Made by a program: the position numbers and the translations under genes
In this document: piece by piece, positions 50,212-60,692 of the stretch
How positions within the stretch are numbered: position 1 is the first letter of the stretch
How the letters are laid out: each line of letters starts with the position of its first letter
Origin: Epithemia pelagica
Taxonomy: Eukaryota > Protista > Bacillariophyta
Length of the DNA: 64,000 bases
Direction of reading: 5' to 3'
NCBI GenBank assembly: GCA_946965045.2
Contig: OX337231.1
Location: 62,001-126,000, forward strand
Notes under the pieces: model-generated
Told to the model about the DNA's origin: nothing
The model's database searches: none
The model's input: only the letters and a program-made list of their open reading frames with translations

Positions 50212-50670
50212 ATGGTGGAGAAGAAATCGTCCAATCTTCCACCCATCAATGAAAGAAAGGGGGCAAGGATCAAGATTGTGCTGGGAGACTACAAGGGATT
50301 GCGAGCATGGGTGGACACGGCGAAGGAATGCACTCGCCTCTACACGTATGTGATCATCCAAGTGAAAACAAGTCCTACGGTTCTGAAGGCAACAAGGATT
50401 CTACACACAAGTTTTGTGATGGAGGCTGATGTCCAGCTCCCATCAAACAAGGAGGAGGCAATGCTTTTTGAGAATACAGACATTATGGAGATGTTCATGG
50501 TGCTCACAAGGAAAATGGCTGAGTTCGAGGAGATCTCAGGATCAGGAGAAGGAGGAAAACGAGTTGCAACTCTGTTCTTGTCATACCTCAATAGAGCCAT
50601 TGCTGCACAGAATGCCTTACCCAATGAAAAGGCCCGCTGGCGTCGCATCAAGTTCAAGGGACAGCATTAG
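50212..50670 (+). CDS. Transposon-associated hypothetical protein, 152 aa, with a possible KOW/SH3-like N-terminus
   Basis: Clean ATG-to-TAG ORF; KGARIKIVLGDYKGLRAWV is KOW-like (inference). Confidence 0.6.
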   Translation: MVEKKSSNLPPINERKGARIKIVLGDYKGLRAWVDTAKECTRLYTYVIIQVKTSPTVLKATRILHTSFVMEADVQLPSNKEEAMLFENTDIMEMFMVLTRKMAEFEEISGSGEGGKRVATLFLSYLNRAIAAQNALPNEKARWRRIKFKGQH

Positions 50671-50754
50671 CATACATGAATAACTAATAGGAGTAGTGCA
50701 TTTCAAACAAAGAATTCGCTTTTACTATGTAGTCAATTACTAGGGGCGTACTGG

Positions 50755-52197
50755 TTAGTCTTCAAACATGCTCTTGGCCTCGGCCTCCTTCTTCTTCTCA
50801 GATTGCTTACCACCAATCTTTTTGCCTCCCTTGAGAGCAATGCGCCAAAACAGGGTCATGGCCAGGATTTCTTTGCCGAAGAGGTTTTCTGGGTGGTCCT
50901 TCTTTAGCTTGAGAGGGTTCTTGGTGACTGGCACGATGTTATCGTCCAACGAGAAAATCTTGTTCTCAAGCTGAACGCCGGGTGGGAAAACCATGATCCA
51001 GTAGGCACTAGCACGCCAGTGTTCTTTGGACTCTTCAATCGCAACCTCAGTCGCACTGTGTGCGTTGAAAGTTGCGTCACACTTGATCTTCGACTCCCTG
51101 CCAATCCCCGTATGGTAGCGCTCCGTATCACGAATCCAAAAATCTTGAGCGGGGCCCCTGAAACGGATGAGTCGTCCTCTCCACATCTCGTCGTAGTCGT
51201 CCGTTGGGATGTCCGCTTCCCAGTCGTTCATATCCGGGCAGGCAACGGGCCGGCGGATGTGAAAACCGCTGCGAGTGAAAAATCCGTCTTGGTTGATATT
51301 TTCGACGAACTGGACATCGAACTCGCGGTGTCGCTCGGCCATCTTGTCTAGACAGATCGGAATCACCCATGGATTCTTGACTGTACCATTCTGGTTCACA
51401 AACCAGGCAGTGGGTACAAAGGCATGTGCCACGTTGGTACGGGCGGCCTGGGCAACAAGAGGAGAAAGGCGTCCGAAGCGATGCTGTTGTTGGCCAGGGT
51501 TAAAGCCACCAGCATGCGCAACAGGACGGGGTGGAGTGTGAAACATCCTCACAGCTTCTTGGTTTTGGGCCGCTGGGAGAGATGGGACGCTGGCCCTTGC
51601 AGCAGGCTTCCTGTCGTCGGCAAGAGAAACCTGGCCAAAGTCTGCTTCAAGCTGGTCCACGTTGTCATTTGCAAAGGGATTTCCAATCCCAACCATCGCA
51701 TATGGGTCTTCTTCTTCTTCGTCGGGAACGATGATCTCTTCATCAGAGGTGGACGGTGCGGTCGACGCGTTGTCGGAGAAGGCTGGTTTGTCGGGGTAGG
51801 CTGGTTTCTTGTTCATCTCTTCGAGGCTTTTGGGACCGGGTGTCACACCAATCTTTTTCAAGTATGCAATGTAGGCCCTGATTGAGCGGCCCTTGCACTT
51901 TGCCCAACGTTGCTGCACTTGCCTGCGAAGCACGGTTCCTTCGGCTCCAAATGTGGTCGGGTTGGCTGAACACAGTGCCCAGAGGTCGAATGATTCCCTT
52001 GTCTCCCCGGACAGTTCAAAGGCTTCAAGGAGGGTCTTGGTTTTCTCAGCACTCAATCCACCTGGCGCCGGCTTCTTTCGTTGCAAGGTTCCAATCGACG
52101 GTTGTTCTTGCTGATCTTGGGCCTCACTGTTGACAGAGTCAACAACCCAATCTTCCTCTTCGTTGATTTGCGAAAGTTCGTCTTGTGAGATCTCCAT
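50755..52197 (-). CDS. Transposon-associated hypothetical protein, about 480 aa
   Basis: Long stop-free ORF; likely start MEISQDE. Helical N-terminal domain, acidic linker and globular C-terminal domain. Confidence 0.7.
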   Translation of the reverse strand: MEISQDELSQINEEEDWVVDSVNSEAQDQQEQPSIGTLQRKKPAPGGLSAEKTKTLLEAFELSGETRESFDLWALCSANPTTFGAEGTVLRRQVQQRWAKCKGRSIRAYIAYLKKIGVTPGPKSLEEMNKKPAYPDKPAFSDNASTAPSTSDEEIIVPDEEEEDPYAMVGIGNPFANDNVDQLEADFGQVSLADDRKPAARASVPSLPAAQNQEAVRMFHTPPRPVAHAGGFNPGQQQHRFGRLSPLVAQAARTNVAHAFVPTAWFVNQNGTVKNPWVIPICLDKMAERHREFDVQFVENINQDGFFTRSGFHIRRPVACPDMNDWEADIPTDDYDEMWRGRLIRFRGPAQDFWIRDTERYHTGIGRESKIKCDATFNAHSATEVAIEESKEHWRASAYWIMVFPPGVQLENKIFSLDDNIVPVTKNPLKLKKDHPENLFGKEILAMTLFWRIALKGGKKIGGKQSEKKKEAEAKSMFED

Positions 52198-52621
52198 GTT
52201 TGTTTGTCGAATGGGCAAACGGAGAGAAAACAATCTCCTGGTGGGATCGAGCGAGTGAGTCGTCTACCTACCGAGATTGCCAATCCTGGTTTGGCATCTA
52301 CATCAATGGATAACAAATAAACATTGTTTGATTGTCATGTGCATATGTAATAGGATGTCTATTTAGGCGCAGCCTTCTATGCTTGTGCTCACGAGTTGAG
52401 AACTCGTGAATCTGCAGGCGCATCATGTGTCTCTCCTACTTCCCACGGGTCCTAATCATGGGGGTCCCCCGCCGTGTGAGACAGGCGTGGAGTTATTGAA
52501 CACTTTTGTGACAGAAGACAGAAACCTACCTACTAGTGAGTGACCTTCCCGAGTGCCAATAGAGTTCTTGTCCCCAAGAATCCATCATTGCATTCGTCAC
52601 CACATTTTCAACAATCAAAGA

Positions 52622-53545
52622 ATGTTTCTTCAACCGTCGGAAGTCCTCGAAAGGGGCCTACGGCTTCTTCATGTGGATGATGCGGGCAAATTGACATTGG
52701 AACGACGACGACTCAAGTTTACGAAGCACTACGGGTCTCACCCGTTGGTGATTGCTGCGCAATGGTTCGACCTATGCCACGCAACAGACGACAATGGCGA
52801 GGAACTACTATCTACGAATGAAATCAAAAGAGGAGGATTCAAGATGTTCATGGTTGCACACTTTTTCCTCTACAACTACACGAGAAATAGTGAGCAGCTC
52901 AGTGATCGCTTTGACATGTGTGAGTGCTATGCGAGAGGAGAGCATTTGTGGGGGTGGATTCGAAAAATTGCGTTTCTCCAGAAGAAGGTAATTTTCTGGC
53001 CGAGAATTCTTGACAGTCCCGAGTCTGAGGTTAATGTGTTGTCCGTGGATGGTGTCGACAAAAAAGTTTTCGAGCGCAAGCACAAGACTCAAATGCTTCC
53101 GTTCGATCGTGGGAACTGCTCTCACAAGCATGCGCACGGTGCTCTGAAATATCAAATTGTTTTGGCGGCACATCGACCGAGGTGTGTTCACATATATGGC
53201 CCCGTGCGTGGGGGAATGGGGGACTTGGAGATGCTCGAACGGTCCGGCGTGTTGGAACGACTCAAGCCAGGCAAATTGATTGTGGCTGATCGTGGGTACA
53301 TTAAGAAGGAGTACAGTGGGAAAATATCCTGGCCTAATCCCCATGAAGATTCCAAACAAGCCAATAACCTCAAGAGCCGGATCCGTCTTCGGCATGAAAG
53401 TTTCAATGGAAAAATGGCTACTTTTGGATGCCTCAACCAGACATGGAGGCATTCGGACGAGAAACACGGCATAGCATTTCGTGCAGTCGCTGTGACAGTT
53501 CAGTATGCACTTGACAATGGCACAAGTCTCCTATTTGAGCCGTAG
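52622..53545 (+). CDS. PIF/Harbinger-ISL2EU (IS5-like, DDE_Tnp_4-type) transposase
   Basis: Putative DDE triad in SVDGVD, VADRGY and RHESFNG, plus SHKH..GALKYQI and HIYGP..GG..D motifs. Confidence 0.85.
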   Translation: MFLQPSEVLERGLRLLHVDDAGKLTLERRRLKFTKHYGSHPLVIAAQWFDLCHATDDNGEELLSTNEIKRGGFKMFMVAHFFLYNYTRNSEQLSDRFDMCECYARGEHLWGWIRKIAFLQKKVIFWPRILDSPESEVNVLSVDGVDKKVFERKHKTQMLPFDRGNCSHKHAHGALKYQIVLAAHRPRCVHIYGPVRGGMGDLEMLERSGVLERLKPGKLIVADRGYIKKEYSGKISWPNPHEDSKQANNLKSRIRLRHESFNGKMATFGCLNQTWRHSDEKHGIAFRAVAVTVQYALDNGTSLLFEP

Positions 53546-53593
53546 ATTCATCCATAAATTCAATGTAGTTGAGATTTGGTTTTCTACTATGTT

Positions 53594-54190
53594 TTACTTG
53601 TAGGCTAGGATGTGGTTTGCAAGTTCTCGGCGTCGCATCAATTCGTCCATTGGAGAGACAGCAGGTAGATTGAGCTTCTGTTTGGCTTCCTCTTCCTTGA
53701 GCCGCAAGTAGTTGAAGTAGCGCACTCGTCTCACTTCTTGGTAGATTCGAAACTTGAAGATTTTTAGCTTGAATGCCATATAGGCGGGACGCGTCTTCCT
53801 CAGTGCCATGGGCGTCAATTTCAAGTGAACGCCATTGGCCACGTCCATCCGGAGAAGCTTCTTTGCTGGATGGACGTCGAAGACCAGCTCTCCACGGCAG
53901 TTCCGGTCCTTTCTTGGATGGACGTGACGGTCAACATGGTGCGCCTTGTGGTCACGGTCCACCAATTCCTGCGCGTTGTTTGATTGCTTGCGGTGGTCCT
54001 TCAGTCGTTCCTTGAATTGATCGAAAGGAACATTCGCAAACTCGGGAAGCTTCTTGTAGAACACAAACAAGTGGTCAGCCGGAACTGCATCCATGCTGTG
54101 AAGGAGACCGCCTGGCTCAAGATCTCGAATAAGGACGGCTCGTGCTGCACTGCGACGCCAGTCAATCCACTCAGACCTTCGTGGCGGCAT
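53594..54190 (-). CDS. Accessory protein convergent with the Harbinger-like transposase, 198 aa
   Basis: Clean ORF with two similar helical segments (WRRSAARAVLIRDL and FDVHPAKKLLRMDV). A Myb/SANT-like DNA-binding role is inferred only from Harbinger biology. Confidence 0.65.
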   Translation of the reverse strand: MPPRRSEWIDWRRSAARAVLIRDLEPGGLLHSMDAVPADHLFVFYKKLPEFANVPFDQFKERLKDHRKQSNNAQELVDRDHKAHHVDRHVHPRKDRNCRGELVFDVHPAKKLLRMDVANGVHLKLTPMALRKTRPAYMAFKLKIFKFRIYQEVRRVRYFNYLRLKEEEAKQKLNLPAVSPMDELMRRRELANHILAYK

Positions 54191-54193
54191 GGC

Positions 54194-54362
54194 TTGGTTT
54201 CGACTTTGTTTCGAGTTTGTTTTGGTTTGTTTCGGCTTTGTTTCGACTTTGTTTCGGTTGGTTTCGGGTTGTTTCGACTTTGTTGCGACCTTGTTTCGAC
54301 TTTGTTTCGACTTTGTTTCGACTTTGTTTCGACGTTGTGTCGTGGTTTCGACATTGTTTCGA
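54194..54362 (+). repeat. Second tandem array of TTTGTTTCGAC units (about 15 units), same orientation as the first
   Basis: Directly visible. Confidence 0.9.
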
Positions 54363-54844
54363 GCCAGCAGGTCAAGGCTTTTTTTGGCGAAACCCTATAT
54401 TAACGGTCATAATAAATGTTGGTCTTGAAGCAAGATCAAGTCTCATAAATACTTGTAATCAACGGAAATCGAATTCTTAAGTACAATTCTCATTGTATTG
54501 TAGGTAGTCGCTGAAATCACACTGTACTGAATAGGAAGACTACTATGAAAGCGGAAAAGTCCATACCGCTACCAAAGTAGCGGGTGTCCCTGGAGCGGGT
54601 CCAGAACAGAACAGCGATAGGAAGTGAGAATTCGTACTTTTTGATGGATAGAATCTAGGGAACTCCCTCAAAGTCCCCACATCTTTCTTTGGGCTGGAGT
54701 GTTGGAATCGATCGTGGAAATGGCACTGGCGAAGGTTGCGCACCCACCCAACCGACCATGATCTAACTATCCATGTGAAATTTGTGGACCATGATTTTTT
54801 CTTAGGTGGGCTTCGTGCCTGGTCGATCGTACAACGCATCGCTG

Positions 54845-57570
54845 GTAGAGTCCGTACGCCGTCCGGATAACTCTGAGGCCACCATCTGCCACCATCACAC
54901 CCGAAACGTGGTTGAACCTTGAACATGCCATGGTGGTCAAATCTTTCGAGCAAACGGTTCCACTGAGGATGGGCCACCATGATTCATACACCGTGAACCA
55001 CAAACCGTCTTTGGGGTGAAGAAACGGGGTAAGTGTTGTTTTGTGGACGCTATCGACACCAACTGTGTGACTCTCATCCCTCTAACGGCAGGTGATCTCT
55101 TGTCATTCGTTAGACATGACTGGTGGCATTGTCGTCGTCTCGTGGTGATGGTTTGACTGCCGTCATTCGGCCGAGAACAGTTCATTGTTGCCATTGGTCA
55201 GTCCGTGGAAGTTTCTCCTTGTGGTGGTTAGGTTGATTCTTGTACCTCCCCGCATCGTCCCGAACTGACACCACCATCATCAGGCCGACAGGAGCACAAC
55301 TAGAAAGACATGGTGTGTCATGAGCAGACTTGTTGGCTCAAGGCACGACGACGACACCTCCGACTGGAAGGATGTATTCGATGACAATGACATTGGAGTA
55401 TCAGGCAGGCAAATCATGCACTGCGTTCCTGCTCTTCTGTTACATCTTCTCCTTGAAGTCGAAATCAGAGAATGCACAACCAAGAACCTTTCTCTTCCAT
55501 ATTTCTCAGGTATCTTCGCAAGACCTTGCAGGGAATGCCCTTTCTGCGCACAACAATCGAAAAACAGGCGCTGCCAACGGCAACTTGTTCGAGGAACGCA
55601 TAGAAAATCCTCAAGATGATCCACGAGAGCCAGCCTTGCGGACTTGGCTGTGTTTCGCAACAGGGACGAAGGTGGACAGGAGACCGGCTATCCCAACAGT
55701 CGTACAAGAACTTGAGCAACAACAAGAAGCATTGGAAAAACAGCAAGAAGAAGTTGAAAAGCGAGAGGAAGAACTCGCGAGAAGCAGCAAGCCGCACTCG
55801 AGAAGAATTTAAAACAAGAGCAAGTAGAACCTTGCTGCACCCAGTGGCTCGGAAATCGGAAAGGTCAGAGGCTATTGAGACACCGCAGAAGAGTTACGGA
55901 GCATCTTTTGTCGCTGCTCCCATGTCCCATGCGGGAAAGAGTCCTGAGTTGAGCGCAAGTCTCATACTCGTAGCAGCTTTTCTTGTTGGCCTTCACATTG
56001 AATTCTGGACTAACGCGGTTGTCTTGTGTTTGTGTGGTCCACGTCCATGCGGCTCGATCACTTGCCCTTCCAGTTGTCATTGTCGTGCACCAGATTGCAG
56101 ATCAAGTGAGGTGATTCTTGAAAGCAAGTGGTCGTTGCCGGAATGATTTTGTGGTCGTTTGCCGTCCGCGCGGTGCGAATCGTGTCCATTGGTTCCGTTG
56201 GATTGAGTACTACCTACCTACTCCTACCTAGTACCCTTTTCGGAATAATCAAAGTACTCCTCCTCAGTAGATGTTCTATCAATCCTCCTTCTCTACTAGC
56301 TTGTACGTAGGTATTGTCTTATGGATCGTTTACAAGTGTCATTGTTACCAAAAGATTGTCACGGAGCAATGGATCGTTTCTCGAGAACAACAGAGGAGTT
56401 CGTTGTAGGATTACTCTAGAGTAGAACTCTTATGATTGTTTGTGTCATAGTTTCCACTGGTGGGGTAGCAATACTTTTGGTCATGGTCACGACCGAGTTC
56501 TCGATCCTTCGCTACGGTTCTAGCGACCGCGACCGTAATGACAGACAAGCGACGGCCAGACCAAACAACAGAGGAGTTCGTACTCCCAAAAGAGTGGTTC
56601 ATACACACGACGGACAGACAAAAAATGATTGTGAACTCGCTATCCTTGCTACCATTTCGCTGTCAAAACTACTCCAGGAGTTCTCTATATTGTTCCAATC
56701 AGTCAAGCTTTTGGCAAATACGGCAAATGCAACTTACCAACGAGAAGAAAAGAAGGTTTAACAAAACATATGTTCTTTTATGCTTCCTAAAATGACACTG
56801 TGTATTACTAGCATTCGACGCAGCACACGGAATCGATATGTGATTCGGGAAGAGCAGATCCCCGGATTGTTGGCGTTTTTTCTTTACAATCCAGCCACAT
56901 ACAGGGCGGTTGGCAGTGTGGTGTCTAGGCTGGGAGTCTGCGGTTGCTTTTTGAAATCTTATCGATGATGTTGGTATAACGTTGGTCCGTCTCGTGCGAC
57001 TTTACTCCCGATTTCGTCTCCAAAAAGGTGGCCGACGGCTGCGCTCAAGTGTCGGTCCTCTACGAGGAGAAATAGAAGAAGACGAAGGTTTGTCTCCGGA
57101 ACATGGATGTGGAGAAAAATCCTGATTCCACGGGGCTGATGCATTTTGCGCCGCATGGCGTTCAGGACTGGAGACTGGAGGTTGCATTGGGGTGGTGGAT
57201 TTTGTGTTGTTACAGCGCTGCAACGTGTCTTGGCTCTCCTCTATTAGTTCCACAGGACTTGGGATTCTTGGTTCAAGACGGTTGTGTTGTTGTAACAACT
57301 CGTCGCAAGACTTGGAGGAAGGAGTACTTGTCGTTGCAGAAACACTTGGTGGTTGCTGGGTGCAATTCGTGAAGCGATTGGTGGTACGCGAATACATGGT
57401 ATCTTGAAAAACGGACTAGACTACGCCAGTTCATGGAGTTGCTGGTCCGCAAAATCGAGAAAAGCTTTGGATGGGTGGCATGAGAGTTGGTGAAGAGTCT
57501 GACAGGGGATCAGCTATGAAATGCGGCAACGACGTGAGGATATCTATTTCGTTCCCGACTTTGCAGCAAG
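54845..57570. repeat. Arm X' of the inverted duplication (partner 43030-45790)
   Basis: See arm X. Weaker similarity may extend to about 58340 and 42330. Confidence 0.85.
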
Positions 57571-58551
57571 TTCGGAACCATGGAGGAAGAAAACTCGAGA
57601 GGAGGTGGATTCTCGAGATCCAGGACGAGATCCAAAAACGTGCGATCCTTGTCGACTGGTTGCGAAACGGCACCAGCAGAACGGTGCACAAAGTAGGAGG
57701 GTTGTCCATAAAATTCATTAACAGTGCCAAATTCTGATAGGCATTGGGACAAGACTCTATAATGACATCAAATCGATCCTCAGACTGAATTGTTGTTTCG
57801 CTGGGGTCGGCAGCAAAGCGATTGAGAAAGGACGTGACGGCATTTTCATGAGGGAGCTCGGTGCGTGGAACGTCAAAACAGGATACATAGTCGTCGTCGT
57901 TGGTAGTTTTCTTCGTAGGAGTGTTTCCTTGTGATCCCGGCATGAGCATCGGCACCCAACGACAACTCGCGATCGGCATGGACTTGGTCGCCTTCGTGCT
58001 TGAGCCCAGACGGACTGTCGCAAAACCCTTCCTGAAAGGAACTGCGGTCCATGTCGGTGAGCAAACGGACCAATAAGACAACCGTTCCAATCCAAAAAAG
58101 AAAGCGACATTGGACCAGGACAAACCACAGCAAACCGACTCACCACTCATCCATTACGGAACCAAGGAAAAGAGTAGCAATGGACAGCTTCCATTGTCGT
58201 CGTCGGTCGACATGCGATGCCTCACCGTTTGTAGCGACGGCAGGCGACGGCCAGACACATCGGTCGCACCTCCTGACTATGACGCACTGTCCGCGCGACC
58301 AGACCGCCACCAGTTGTTAATTCGTGACCAGGACTGAATGATTGGGCTCTACTCTTTCCACAAAACTATACTTCTCGAGTTCCATAGCAAAGATCCTCCT
58401 CGGGAAACCAATACCAATACCAAGAGAAGAAAGCTTTACAACCCTCTATATTTTTACGTTTCCTGAAACTAGTAGACTCATTCATATGCGACACATAACA
58501 CGGAATCGATCTGTGATTCCGGAAGAGAAGAAATCTCCGATTTTCGTCGTT

Positions 58552-58920
58552 CCTTACATTCCAGCAACGTAGAGGGCGGCCGTTCCAACTGCACCAGCCG
58601 CAGCAGCCATCCTTTCTCCGACCTTTCAAAACGGATGCCCAAATCGAAATTAAGAGCCGATGGGGATGGTGAAAGCAATGAAATGAAGCAGATGCTATGG
58701 ATGCGTTGGCGCATGTTGGGACGTTGGGCCCGGTTACCTCGCGTCCTCCTGCTTAGGAGGATCGTCGATCACTTAGGGATCCTTCCATTGTTGTTTAGGT
58801 GGCGCGGTTGGCTCTTTTGGGAGAGGATGGAGTGTTGTTTCATGGTCGTTTCGGTTGGATTGCAATGAAAAATCTCAACATTGTCGGGCACACGTGGAAA
58901 AATGCGCACCTCTTTGAACC
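58552..58920 (-). pseudogene. Internally deleted paralog of the 46170-48272 gene
   Basis: 58552-58612 matches 46168-46228 (last codons) and is joined directly to 58613-58920, which matches about 48315-48655 (upstream region). Confidence 0.8.
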
Positions 58921-59926
58921 GGCGCGGTGCAGACATATGGGACAATCATAGACTTCTTTATGAGCATATATGGAATTGTCGGGAACACAACCAGATTTCA
59001 GATTTCCGATCCTACCTTTAAGTACGATTACCAACCAGGATACGGTATTCGTCGGGCGTAATGGAATGCCAAAGCTGAATTATTTATGCCCGCTCTAAGG
59101 AGGGCTGATCGTCCGGTCGTCATGTTAAATTTTAAAAAAATGTTCACCTTTGCCTTATGCCCACATTCTTGTACTAAGCGAGCTACTTTAGGCCGTTCCT
59201 TACGCCAAACCAAACCAACCAGAATCCTCCTTCTACCGTACCCGCTCCACCAAGGATCGACAATCCTGTCCACCAACCGCTTCAACTTTCCATGACCGAC
59301 ACTCAACTTGTTTTGTCGCAACTAGACTGCTGGAGAGCTCCTTCTCATGGATAGGGTGGCGCTTCAACATTACTATTGCTGGACAGCAAATCGTCCAGGA
59401 CATGACATTTCCAATCAAACAATCAACCAGTTCTGGCATCAATCGGAAAACGAATCATTTCATGGTTTGGCTGGCCGCTCCGCTTTGTCATTGCAACCAC
59501 CATGTCAGTCTGTCGCTGGATTGCCAACAACGATCATCGGGAGATGTGTTCATCCAAGTGCATAGACTCTTGGTGTACCAATCGAGTCCACCAATTGAGT
59601 CCGTGGGGTAGCAAAGGAATGCCTACTTCTAGCTTTTGGGGAATCATCAATGTCTATATTTTGTGTGAAACTTGGAATCACAGTGGTTTACGACTGGAAC
59701 AAATCGTCTTCTCCACGGTACGTCAGCCAAGGCAAAGAGTCCTTGTGAAAGCGACTGATAGCATTGTCCATCCTTGGCGGAACGAGTTCGACTGTAAGAG
59801 TTGTTTTTTGGTTCGTGTGTGAGTGGTCTATTAATCGTCCTTTCCTGGTGGATGCAATGCCAAGCCCGAGGGAGAACTCCACAATGCCATGCGGGGAGAG
59901 AAAGATGGAAGACGATGACCAGGCGC

Positions 59927-60692
59927 TAGTAGAGATTCATCAATACACGCTCTAGAAGAGCCACAATCGATTACCAACTGATACCAAGGTTCTCCACGGG
60001 TCAGAGAACAAAGGAAACCCAAGGGTTCTATCGTAGGGATAGCCAGGACACTGAAGACGTGATGATATGGTAATGTTAATGATTGTGAGCTTTCTACTAG
60101 GTTTGGTGTGTGAGATTTCCATTCTTGTTGTCGATCGTGTGAAATAGGTTCTTGGCGGTGATAGGTCTGGAATGGTTGGAGTTGATGTATGTGAGGTATA
60201 TAACATGTATATGTGCTTGTATATCATATACAGCCTCAACGATTCTTGGCTAAAGTTGGTATATGTAGTTTTGTTGGCGCGTCCTTGTTTGCAATCTTGA
60301 AATAGTGGGAACGATGATATGGTCTCGCGTGATCGTGATTCGTGCCTTGTGTACTTAGACCGTTGGGTCGGATACATGATCGCCACGCTCGGATAGTTCT
60401 TGCGCGCATCTTGACGAATTTGGGCGCGCACGCTTAGGGCATAGGTCAGGCTCGGATGTTCAACGGATGATCGTCCGTTGATAGGATATCAAGACCAAAG
60501 TTGAGTCTTGATAGCACGTTCGTCAATCTGTTCTCACTTTTTGGTATATGCGACCGAAATATAGGTTGAGCTAGCGCGAAGCTAGGTATGTAGTGTGGAT
60601 ATAGGTGATGTAGGTGATGTTTGAATCCACGGGACTCGACTAACCGATGAGGTGCCGAACCTAACCGATGATTTTCGGTGAGAGTTCTACTA
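59927..60692 (-). repeat. 3' LTR (766 bp) of the second Copia element
   Basis: Starts right after the purine tract GGGGAG (60698-60693). Bounded by a perfect 7-bp inverted repeat TAGTAGA...TCTACTA. Confidence 0.7.

Noticed and set aside
49956-54362. The 11-bp arrays as CRISPR-like repeats
   Set aside because: The units are contiguous with no unique spacers, there are no cas genes, and the context is eukaryotic.
58840-59900. Short ORFs between Y' and the LTR
   Set aside because: Fragmentary, with no recognisable domain.
59975-59990. TGGTATCAG resembling a tRNA-Met primer-binding site
   Set aside because: It lies inside the 3' LTR, and the match stops after 9 nt.
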